Positions 54,502-63,096 of a stretch of 64,000 nucleotides of DNA are shown one piece after another; position 1 is the first letter of the stretch, and the number at the start of each line of letters is the position of its first letter. The DNA comes from Candidatus Yanofskybacteria bacterium RIFCSPLOWO2_02_FULL_44_18. Its GTDB lineage: Bacteria > Patescibacteriota > Minisyncoccia > 2-02-FULL-40-12 > GWA2-44-9. Made by a program: the position numbers and the translations under genes. The notes below the pieces were generated by a model that worked only from the letters and a program-made list of their open reading frames with translations, was not told where the DNA came from and did not search any database. Location: assembly GCA_001794755.1 (NCBI GenBank), contig MGKT01000006.1:40700-104699 (forward strand), given 5' to 3'.

Positions 54502-55848
54502 TTAGTATTGCGATAGAAAGTCATCAAACACCCCGCATACATAATCCACCATCTCATCAGTCATACCATGGTGAGCGCCAATAACAAATGTGTTCTTCAT
54601 TATTTTATCAGCGTTAGCAAGTTTCCCCACTACTCGTTTCGGAATTTTCCGAAACGCGGGTTGTCTCAAGATGTTGCCGGCAAACAATAATCTTGTCTGA
54701 ATTTTATTAGCTTCCAGATGTTTTAGAATATCTAAGCGAGTAAACGGAACATTGTCTCTGATCGTAATTGGAAATGCTAGCCAATATGCTTCTGCTTTGG
54801 GCAGATCAGTCGGTAAAAGAAAAAACTTTTCATATTTTTTCAAATAGTTTCCTAACCGATCAAAATTTCGCCTGCGGATTTTATTGAATTCTTGTAATTT
54901 TTTTAATTGCACTAAGCCAAACGCAGCCTGAACCTCGATAGGCTTCAGATTATAACCCACCATTGAATATACGAATTTGCGATCATAAGGTATACCATCA
55001 ATATTGATATTGAAACGTTCCTCCACGCTTTCGTTATCATCTCCAAACCTTCCCCAATCTCTATATGCAAGAGCTCTGGCTAGTAATTTTTCATCATCCA
55101 TGCACAATATTCCGCCGCCGCCGGCTGCAGTGATATTATGAGAGGCATAAAAACTGGAAACCGTTATGTCTGCAAATGACCCGGTCGGCTTACCGGCAAA
55201 TCTGCCGCCTATGGTGTCACAACTATCCTCAATAAAATAAAGTTTATGTTTCCTGCATAGCTTCTGTAGTGTTTCCATGTCATTCAAACTCCCCAATGTA
55301 TGAGGTAAAATAACAGCCCTAGTTTTTCTTGAGATCATTTTGGGTAAATTTTTCAAATCTAGATTGTAGGTACCCAATTCACTGTCGGCTAAAACTGGCA
55401 CTAAATTATTATTCAGAATAGCAGCCAAAGTCGTGGCAAAAGTACAGGCTGTGGTTATAACTTCCGAACCGGGAGGAAGATTTAATATCTTTAAAGAAAG
55501 AAACGTTCCTGAAGAACCGGAATTAACTAACACCCCGTGTTTTTTACCAAAAATAGCTGAAACCTTTTTTGCAAATTCGGCAGAATAATTACCAAGCCCA
55601 AGCCAGCCCTTATCAAGTGCTTCCACTACCGCTTTTTTCTCTTCATCTCCATACACAGCAATAGTGTAATATATTTTGTCAGAACCCGGCTTAAATTTCT
55701 TACTTAAGAAAGTCGGCCCCAAATAAGCCGAGCTTACAAAAAATCTCTGTTCTGATTTATTGTCAGTTAGCACACTGGCAAACTTAGCCACAACCTTGCC
55801 TGCCTCACGCGATTCATTAATTGCTGAGGTTATTTTATTTTTTTTCAT
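54502..55848 (-). CDS. DegT-fold NDP-4-keto-6-deoxyhexose 3-dehydrase (RfbH/DdhC/E1-like), catalytic Lys replaced by His
   Basis: 448 aa. The PLP-site motif reads …ITVSSFYASHNITAAGGGGIL…, with His where aminotransferases have the Schiff-base Lys. The length matches E1 (~440 aa). Confidence 0.55.
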   Translation of the reverse strand: MKKNKITSAINESREAGKVVAKFASVLTDNKSEQRFFVSSAYLGPTFLSKKFKPGSDKIYYTIAVYGDEEKKAVVEALDKGWLGLGNYSAEFAKKVSAIFGKKHGVLVNSGSSGTFLSLKILNLPPGSEVITTACTFATTLAAILNNNLVPVLADSELGTYNLDLKNLPKMISRKTRAVILPHTLGSLNDMETLQKLCRKHKLYFIEDSCDTIGGRFAGKPTGSFADITVSSFYASHNITAAGGGGILCMDDEKLLARALAYRDWGRFGDDNESVEERFNINIDGIPYDRKFVYSMVGYNLKPIEVQAAFGLVQLKKLQEFNKIRRRNFDRLGNYLKKYEKFFLLPTDLPKAEAYWLAFPITIRDNVPFTRLDILKHLEANKIQTRLLFAGNILRQPAFRKIPKRVVGKLANADKIMKNTFVIGAHHGMTDEMVDYVCGVFDDFLSQY

Positions 55849-56323
55849 TAAATTCTTTTAAAAATTTTTTTATTTTAATCCAGGTCTCACCATTTCCAAC
55901 ATTTTTCGAAGATACGAATAGCTGTTCTTCCAAAGCAGGCATCCATGCCGGATAGCGATAAACTAGAACCTTAGCCTGACTTTTACCGATATTCTTAATT
56001 CCATGCAGATATCCTTTTGGAACAAAAACGGTTTTGAAATTGTCACCACCCATCGGAATTTCCCGCTTTGTATTCTTATTCTTATAAATAATACTCGCAA
56101 CTTGCCCATCCAAACAAGTAATAAATAGGTCGGCAGCAGCATGCACATGGTAACCCTTAAATAATCCCGGTTCCACTACTGTCAGATAAATTTGGCCTCT
56201 AATGTGTTTTGTAAAGTTGTCTTTATCACTAACAATTTCTAAGACCCACCCATTTGGTTTTTTGTCTGCATCAAATGTTTCTATTTTTTTACACGGCTTT
56301 GTTTTGATAAAAGCTTTTTCCAT
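55835..56323 (-). CDS. RmlC-like cupin (dTDP-sugar 3,5-epimerase / FdtA-WxcM-type 3,4-ketoisomerase)
   Basis: 162 aa with a small beta-barrel signature (…GYHVHAAADLFITCLDGQ…VFVPKGYLHGIKNIG…). Confidence 0.55.
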   Translation of the reverse strand: MEKAFIKTKPCKKIETFDADKKPNGWVLEIVSDKDNFTKHIRGQIYLTVVEPGLFKGYHVHAAADLFITCLDGQVASIIYKNKNTKREIPMGGDNFKTVFVPKGYLHGIKNIGKSQAKVLVYRYPAWMPALEEQLFVSSKNVGNGETWIKIKKFLKEFNEKK

Positions 56324-57012
56324 TTTGAACTATTTAAAGACACGTCCCGTGGCAGTTTAACGCGAGCACTCTCAATTGAAATCTTTCCGACATTAGGAGA
56401 AGTCCGTCTGGCCAAATCATAAATAGTTTTTCTTTTTCCGGATATGTGTATAACCCCTTTTAACGTGGTCATCAGTGAGGCCTTAATTATATCTGGCGCT
56501 CTTTCTGAAGAAAAATCTGAACATGTCCATTGATCGACAAATGCTTTCTCATATTCCCACGAACCATCCTTTTTGAATCCCGTCCGAATGATCAAAGTAT
56601 TTTGATATTGAACCACAATAGCTTCTCCGATTAATTTTGTCAATGAATAAAAATTAACGGGATTCGGTACATCGTCTTCTTTATAATTTCCAGTCATGCC
56701 GTCAAAAACATAATGAGTCGAAATATAAATGAAACGTTTCCCCTTTGAAGCACGGACCATGTTCTCCGTCCCTGAAACATTTACAGACCAACACTTGGTT
56801 TTTTCTTTTTCCGCGGCCAAAACATCTGTCCAACCGGCACAGTGGATAACAATATCGGGGTTATACTTACCGACCGCATTCACACATTTTTTATAGTCAG
56901 TTATATCAAGTTCCTTGGAATCTGGGGCATGGCATTTAACCAGCTTTCTTATATTGGATCCAAGTGCGCCGGAACCTCCGGTTATTAAAATAATTTTTTT
57001 GGTTTTAAACAT
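56281..57012 (-). CDS. SDR-family NAD(P)-dependent sugar reductase (RmlD-like dTDP-4-dehydrorhamnose reductase)
   Basis: 243 aa with a Rossmann ILITGGSGALGSNI and YxxxK (YSLTK). Confidence 0.6.
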   Translation of the reverse strand: MFKTKKIILITGGSGALGSNIRKLVKCHAPDSKELDITDYKKCVNAVGKYNPDIVIHCAGWTDVLAAEKEKTKCWSVNVSGTENMVRASKGKRFIYISTHYVFDGMTGNYKEDDVPNPVNFYSLTKLIGEAIVVQYQNTLIIRTGFKKDGSWEYEKAFVDQWTCSDFSSERAPDIIKASLMTTLKGVIHISGKRKTIYDLARRTSPNVGKISIESARVKLPRDVSLNSSKWKKLLSKQSRVKK

Positions 57013-58054
57013 TTTTTAATTCCTTGAGCAATTCTCCGGTTATGATTTTTGGCACATATCTTTCTTCAAATAATTTCCTCGCATTAAGTGATAATTTTCG
57101 CAACAAAACACTGTCATTCTTTAACTGAATAATTTTATTGGCTATCTCCCCAGGGTTAGCTCTGGGGCATAATATAGCTGTATCACCATCGGTCAATATC
57201 TCCCGGGAAGCTAAACTGTCTCCGGTAATAATGGCTTTACCGCAAGCTAAATATTCAAAAAGCTTATTCATACTCACCGTCTTTGCTTTGTGTGTATCAC
57301 CAAACCCACCTAAACAGATATCTGCTCGATTAATATAATTAGGAAGTTCTTTATAATCAACGCGATCTGTCCAAGTAATATTTTTTAAATATAAATCTTC
57401 AGCTATTTTTTTTATTTTTTTATATTCTTGTCCCTGTCCTATAATCTGGAAATGGATGCTATCGTCAATTAATATGCCGGCCGCTTTAATAATATATTCT
57501 ATGCCCTGAAGAGGTATAAAATTACCGTGAAAATGAACAATAAACTTTTCATTATTCTTAATAATAAGTTCGGGCTTAAATATGTTATCGTCAGTACCGA
57601 CAAAAACTCTGGTAAACTTTGATACGTCCACATTGAATGTTTCTTTGAAATATTCAATGTTAGCGTTTGTGTCCAGTAATATCTTGTCAGCCAATTTGCA
57701 ACTTAACCAATCCGAGAGCCAATAATACCTGGCCTTTAAGCTTCCGGGCTTAACCAGTTTTCTGTCGAATACCCAAGAATCATAAATAGAATAAAAAGCA
57801 TCCCAGATTATTTTTTTATCTGATATCAGTTTAATAAAAGGAACCATAAACCTGGAATCAGAATAACCGACTAGTACGGCATCAAATCTACTTTTTAGGG
57901 AGAAATATTTTTTTCCCAAATCCGCTAATCCTCTCCAACCGCGTAGTGATGTATTGGCAAATAGAATCTCTACTCCGTTTTCCTTAAGGCCGCGAATGAT
58001 AACTCTGTTCCTAGAGTAGTTGGGATTAAAATTGCCAAAATAACATATTTTCAT
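57005..58054 (-). CDS. GT-B fold glycosyltransferase (GT4-like)
   Basis: 349 aa. The C-terminal half carries …EYLACGKAIITGDSLASRE… (GT4 E-x7-E-type motif). Confidence 0.55.
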   Translation of the reverse strand: MKICYFGNFNPNYSRNRVIIRGLKENGVEILFANTSLRGWRGLADLGKKYFSLKSRFDAVLVGYSDSRFMVPFIKLISDKKIIWDAFYSIYDSWVFDRKLVKPGSLKARYYWLSDWLSCKLADKILLDTNANIEYFKETFNVDVSKFTRVFVGTDDNIFKPELIIKNNEKFIVHFHGNFIPLQGIEYIIKAAGILIDDSIHFQIIGQGQEYKKIKKIAEDLYLKNITWTDRVDYKELPNYINRADICLGGFGDTHKAKTVSMNKLFEYLACGKAIITGDSLASREILTDGDTAILCPRANPGEIANKIIQLKNDSVLLRKLSLNARKLFEERYVPKIITGELLKELKNV

Positions 58055-58707
58055 GATTGATTTTCTTTCTTAACTGCTTTGACGACTAATGTCAACGCGA
58101 AGAGATTGGGAAGTTTTCTCATTAAAAATCGGCTTAATGTTCCTATCGCAAACTTATTCTGCCAGAATGTCCGACATTTTAGAGCAACAATGTCGAGATT
58201 GTGACCATCTAGCATTTTTTTAAGAACATCCCAATTGAACCAATAAACATGGCCCTTACCCCGCCTGTTATTTTCGGGCACCTTGCCCAAAACAACCTGC
58301 AGACGCGCCGGCAGCGAACTAAAATTTGGAACGCTTAAAATTACAAATTTTTTTGTAACTCTTTTTGCCTCATTCAAAAGCTTGGCCGGGTCATATAAAT
58401 GCTCAAGCACATCAAGCATAATTACATAATCAAAACTGTCATTTTCATATGGTAATTTTCCGTCGGAAAAATCAAAATGTTCAACATCGAGACCCTTTAA
58501 TTTGCACTTATTAACCGCTTCTTGAGATATATCCAAGCCTCGGGCATGTATATTGCGAGATTTAAGAAAATCCAAAAGGGTGCCATCGCCACAGCCTAAA
58601 TCTAAAATTGAACCGCCGCTTATCATTTTCAATGCTGATTCGTGATTAAAACCGAGCCATGAATCTCGGTTTCGCCATCTTAAATTCTCAAAATATTCTA
58701 TACTCAT
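58051..58707 (-). CDS. class I SAM-dependent methyltransferase
   Basis: 218 aa with …ILDLGCGDGTLLDFL… and …MLDVLEHLYDP…. Confidence 0.7.
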   Translation of the reverse strand: MSIEYFENLRWRNRDSWLGFNHESALKMISGGSILDLGCGDGTLLDFLKSRNIHARGLDISQEAVNKCKLKGLDVEHFDFSDGKLPYENDSFDYVIMLDVLEHLYDPAKLLNEAKRVTKKFVILSVPNFSSLPARLQVVLGKVPENNRRGKGHVYWFNWDVLKKMLDGHNLDIVALKCRTFWQNKFAIGTLSRFLMRKLPNLFALTLVVKAVKKENQS

Positions 58708-58710
58708 TGC

Positions 58711-60357
58711 TTAGATCTCCGTACAATTAAATATATATGAATTGATATTTTTATCGTTGAATTGCTTGTCTAATTTGCACCTTTCAAGCAAAGGCCAGTA
58801 TCTTCCATTTTTATCAATGGCCGGAAAATCAACGACCATATAATAACCTTTATAAGCATTAAATCTCGGCAAATAGTCGCGAGAGGGAGCGGTAAAAAAT
58901 CTTCCCGCGGATTTATCAGCCAAGATAAGATGATAATTCCCTATATCGTAATATGTTGTCACGTCCTTAATTTTAGGATTATTCAGAACATATTTGACTG
59001 ATGCATCAGCCACCTTCGGGACACTTCCGAATAAACCGCCCAATAAATATTCATTTAAGAATAAAATATTGTAACCGACGCCAATAATAATAAAACCGAG
59101 GATAAATTTTTGTTTGTGAACTTTAGACAATAATCCCGAAATCAATAACACGGCCGCGGCAAGCCATGACCATAATACATATTGGGCGGAAAAATAAAAT
59201 CCGACCGGACCAGAACCGCCGGTGAACGGTATTAGAAAATTGAAGTCTAAATTCTTTATGTGATTTACATAGTTTACTTTCGGGTCAAGCGGCAATACGC
59301 TGTGGGGCATCAATAAGATAACGACGGAAAACAAAATAAACGCCGCTGCAATTAAAAATATTTTCTTAGACTCTTTACGCCAATTAAAGCCGTCCATCAA
59401 TTCAACCAATATTCCAGCCGAAATTATACAACATGGAATAATCAAAAACATCAGGTATCTCTCGACTGTTAATTTCGCGAAATCAAACAAAACCAAATAA
59501 AATATCAGGTTAAAAAACAGAAATACATACCAAAACCGATATCTTTTGACGGTTTCTTGTTTAAATAATCCAGCGATAACCGGCAGGAGAAGAAGTGGAG
59601 AAAGCCAAACAAATGATTTTAAAATTTTGAACGACAACTCAAAGTAAGCCCGAGACGCAAAGTTTAGCGACTGAAAATGTCGGCCGTACTCAATCACGGT
59701 ATTTATTTCACCAAGATTGAAAGAATATAAAGCCGCCGCCAATAAAGCAAAGATGCCAAAAAATTTTAAGACACTAATGGAAACTTTCTTAATATTCAGC
59801 CGGCCAGAATAAAATATCGTAAAAAAATAATCAACAATTAACGCCCCGATAAAAATAATAAAGCTTAATTTAGTAAGAAATCCTCCCGCGATTCCTATTC
59901 CAAAAACAATCCACCACATTTTCTTATTTCCCGAAAGTAGCTCGAGATAAGCGTAATAAGCCAGCAATATAAAAAATGGCAAAATCGCGCCGTCGATATC
60001 TATTTGCAAACTGGCAATGGCGCTATATACGCTTAGGATGTATAGCAATACCCCAAGAAGAGCCGTGTTTGGTTTTTGAGTGATTTTCCAGACTATCAGA
60101 TAAATAAGCGCCAAGGACAAAAAACTGAACAACAATGGTGTAAATCTCAAGTTTTCAAATCCCAGGATATTTCCGGTCAACCTAAAAGTATATTTACCCA
60201 AAGGCGGATGCGGGCTCTCGTAGTCAAAAACGGGGTCGGCCTGCATGGCCCACTTATATTCATCTTGGTGATAAATCTGTTGAACGGCCGGAAGGCGTGT
60301 TATTAAAAAAACGCCCGCAATAAGAATAAAAATCCAAATGTTCTTATTTGTCTTCAT
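58711..60357 (-). CDS. GT-C family glycosyltransferase (ArnT/PMT-like, GT39/GT83)
   Basis: 548 aa with about 12 TM helices. The first extracytoplasmic loop has the DE motif (…HQDEYKW…) typical of ArnT/PMT. Confidence 0.6.
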   Translation of the reverse strand: MKTNKNIWIFILIAGVFLITRLPAVQQIYHQDEYKWAMQADPVFDYESPHPPLGKYTFRLTGNILGFENLRFTPLLFSFLSLALIYLIVWKITQKPNTALLGVLLYILSVYSAIASLQIDIDGAILPFFILLAYYAYLELLSGNKKMWWIVFGIGIAGGFLTKLSFIIFIGALIVDYFFTIFYSGRLNIKKVSISVLKFFGIFALLAAALYSFNLGEINTVIEYGRHFQSLNFASRAYFELSFKILKSFVWLSPLLLLPVIAGLFKQETVKRYRFWYVFLFFNLIFYLVLFDFAKLTVERYLMFLIIPCCIISAGILVELMDGFNWRKESKKIFLIAAAFILFSVVILLMPHSVLPLDPKVNYVNHIKNLDFNFLIPFTGGSGPVGFYFSAQYVLWSWLAAAVLLISGLLSKVHKQKFILGFIIIGVGYNILFLNEYLLGGLFGSVPKVADASVKYVLNNPKIKDVTTYYDIGNYHLILADKSAGRFFTAPSRDYLPRFNAYKGYYMVVDFPAIDKNGRYWPLLERCKLDKQFNDKNINSYIFNCTEI

Positions 60358-61129
60358 CGTTTCTTATTTTCAAAACATCAATTTCTTTTTCCCAATTATA
60401 TTGCCAACGGCTGTATTTTTCAATTAAATCTCGACTTTCAAATCCTGGATGACAGCCTAATTCTACAATTTTTTCCGGGTATCTTTTTCCCAATTTCTCG
60501 GCCGACTTTAAGTCTTTAATCTCTAAATTTCCGGCATTTATAAACCCAACAAAAAAATCATTGCAGGTCAGGCCGAATTTTTTAATTTTCTTTTTTGCCA
60601 GTCCAGACAGAAAATTTAGGAATAATAATTGGACTTGTCTGAATAATCTACCCTCGTTTAAGAATATAGGTTCATTAACAATCCTGATACATGGAATATC
60701 AAACTTTCTGGCCAGCTCGATAATAATATCCATAATACCCGGCAAGAGATGTAAATGCTGATGGCTATTGATAAAGGCCGGCTTTATGCCTGCTCTAGTA
60801 AGTTTATTTGTTTGCGCCTCCAGCTCTTTTCTGATGTCGCCCAACCGGATTAATCCAAGGATATATTTAATAAAAAAAATCTTATGATTTGCGGGAAAGC
60901 TTTTTAAAACGAGCGGCTGTTCTTCCACAAGCACAAAATGAATTCCTATATTGGAAGTGTTTTTTATTCTGATTAAAGCATCTTCAAACGCTTTGCCATT
61001 GGGCATTAAAGATGCGCCGTCAATTAATCTTTGCTCAAAAGCAAAAAAAATGCCGTCGTTAACAGCTTTATTAAGACCCAAATCATCAGCAATGATAAAA
61101 AAACTGCGATTAGAGTGAGTGAATGCCAT
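60344..61129 (-). CDS. YdjC/ChbG/HpnK-family carbohydrate deacetylase
   Basis: 261 aa with …FIIADDLGLNKAVNDGI…, …HFVLVEE… and …NSHQHLHLLP… (YdjC metal-binding signature). Confidence 0.6.
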   Translation of the reverse strand: MAFTHSNRSFFIIADDLGLNKAVNDGIFFAFEQRLIDGASLMPNGKAFEDALIRIKNTSNIGIHFVLVEEQPLVLKSFPANHKIFFIKYILGLIRLGDIRKELEAQTNKLTRAGIKPAFINSHQHLHLLPGIMDIIIELARKFDIPCIRIVNEPIFLNEGRLFRQVQLLFLNFLSGLAKKKIKKFGLTCNDFFVGFINAGNLEIKDLKSAEKLGKRYPEKIVELGCHPGFESRDLIEKYSRWQYNWEKEIDVLKIRNDEDK

Positions 61130-62090
61130 ACGATGTTTCTTTCACGCTATCCTTCTCTATATTGAATGTTTCTGAAACAATATAAAGAGGCCGCCCTTTC
61201 ACTTCATTAAACATTTTAAACATATATTCTCCTATTATTCCCAATACCATTAATTGAATACTGCCCAAAAATAAGACTATCAATGATATTGTTGCGTATC
61301 CGGCCGCTAATGGATTCGGATTCAAATAATGATCCAGGATAACAAAAATTCCCAATCCAACGCTAATTAAGAAAACAATAATTCCAATCCAGAATGATAT
61401 TCTCAATGGAAAAGCCGAAAAAGAAGTAATGCCGCTCAATACTAGTCTGGTCAATTTTTTAATACTATATTTGGGAGTTCCGGCCTTTCTTTTTTCCGCT
61501 ATGTATGTCACATATGTTTTCTCAAAACCGAGCCATTGAATCATGCCTCTCAGATACCTTTCTCTCTCCGGTAATTTTTTTAACGCTTCTATTACTGGTC
61601 TTTTATAGAGAGCGAAATCTGAGATATTCCTAAATTCCAAATTGGTAATAGCACTCATCAGCTTATAATAACTTCGGCCGAGTGCCTCCCTAAATTTAGA
61701 ATTTTGTTTGTTGTCCAATCTTTCGCCAATAACAATGTCATAACCCTCTTCAGCGTGCTTGATAAGTGTCGATATCAGAGATGGCGGATGCTGAAGGTCC
61801 CCATCCATGGTTATCACCATATCGCCCTGAGCAAAATCGATGCCGACATTGAAAGCAGCCTGATGACCAAAATTTCTTGAAAGTTTAATGATTTTAAACT
61901 TTGAATCTTTTTCGGCGGTTTTTTTAATTAATTCTAAAGTATCATCTTTTGAACCATCGTCCACTAAAATAATCTCGAAGCTTTTATTAAGATTCCCACA
62001 AACCTTATTGAGTTCTTCGAGTAAAAAAGGGATAACCTCTTCCTCATTAAAAAGCGGGACAACTATAGATAAATCAATACTTTTTGACAT
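61110..62090 (-). CDS. GT2 polyprenol-phosphate sugar transferase with a C-terminal TM pair (ArnC/GtrB-like)
   Basis: About 326 aa with SIVVPLFNEEEVIPFL…ILVDDGSKDDT…, plus two C-terminal TM helices. The start is taken at MSKSIDL…. Confidence 0.75.
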   Translation of the reverse strand: MSKSIDLSIVVPLFNEEEVIPFLLEELNKVCGNLNKSFEIILVDDGSKDDTLELIKKTAEKDSKFKIIKLSRNFGHQAAFNVGIDFAQGDMVITMDGDLQHPPSLISTLIKHAEEGYDIVIGERLDNKQNSKFREALGRSYYKLMSAITNLEFRNISDFALYKRPVIEALKKLPERERYLRGMIQWLGFEKTYVTYIAEKRKAGTPKYSIKKLTRLVLSGITSFSAFPLRISFWIGIIVFLISVGLGIFVILDHYLNPNPLAAGYATISLIVLFLGSIQLMVLGIIGEYMFKMFNEVKGRPLYIVSETFNIEKDSVKETSYGIHSL

Positions 62091-62160
62091 AATCAAATAA
62101 TACCACAAAAATCTGGATTTGTGAAGATAGGCAAAAGAATTAAATGATTAAAAAGAGATG

Positions 62161-63096
62161 CTAAATTTTTATACTTTCTTTATAGATAGAGATGGTGTCC
62201 GCCACGCCAGCCTTTAAATCAAATTTTGGCTCCCAGCCCAAGACCAATCTCGCCTTATCGTTGACGAGAGTGCCCCTTCTTTGCCTGTCAGAAACAGAGT
62301 GGGTTTTGTATTTTAATTTTTTACCGGTAGAAGCCTCCACTGCATTGATAAAATCAATCAGAGTCATCGCTCTTCCGCCGGAAATGTTAAAAATACCGTT
62401 TCCATCATGAAACATAAGTTTCTTAATACCTTCTGCCAAATCCTTCACATATGTAAAATCCAAAAGTGCTGCTTCGTTAATCTTCAGGTTGCCCTTGCCA
62501 GTCAAAGCATTTTCAATAATTATCTGCGGCACGCGATTGTTAAAATCTCCCGCACCATAGACCGAAGTTGTCCTGATTATGCCGTAATTGTTCGAGAATG
62601 ATTTAATCAAATATTCACTGGCGGCCTTACCAATCCCATAATGAGATGACGGATCAAGGTGCATGATTTCCGTGGCAGCATGGTCAAAATGACCCATCGC
62701 AAAAAGGGATGACATATAAACAATGCGGGCATTGAATTTCTCATTTGCCTTTAGGACATTTACAATTCCCGAGGCTTCAACCGAAAACTGCTCGAACTTA
62801 TCTGGATAATTAGCAAAAGGGATGCTGGCTAAAAATACAATGATATCCGGTTTTTCTTTATTGATGAATCGCTCAACTTGTTTCGGGTCCCTGACGTCGC
62901 CTTTGACTTGCCTCACGTCGGCCAAAAGTTTTTTCCTAAAATTCATTACTTTGGCCGTCCTTTTTGGGTCGTAGTCACTAAACTTTTTATGGATATCAAA
63001 TGTGACGATATCGCCATGGTCTGATTTAAGCAAATTTATCAGCCATGAACTTATAAAACCGTTACCTCCAAAAATAACTATTTTGGGATTTATCAT
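62161..63096 (-). CDS. NAD-dependent sugar epimerase/dehydratase (extended SDR, GalE/RmlB-like)
   Basis: 311 aa with a Rossmann IVIFGGNGFISSWL and YxxxK (YGIGK). Confidence 0.7.
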   Translation of the reverse strand: MINPKIVIFGGNGFISSWLINLLKSDHGDIVTFDIHKKFSDYDPKRTAKVMNFRKKLLADVRQVKGDVRDPKQVERFINKEKPDIIVFLASIPFANYPDKFEQFSVEASGIVNVLKANEKFNARIVYMSSLFAMGHFDHAATEIMHLDPSSHYGIGKAASEYLIKSFSNNYGIIRTTSVYGAGDFNNRVPQIIIENALTGKGNLKINEAALLDFTYVKDLAEGIKKLMFHDGNGIFNISGGRAMTLIDFINAVEASTGKKLKYKTHSVSDRQRRGTLVNDKARLVLGWEPKFDLKAGVADTISIYKESIKI

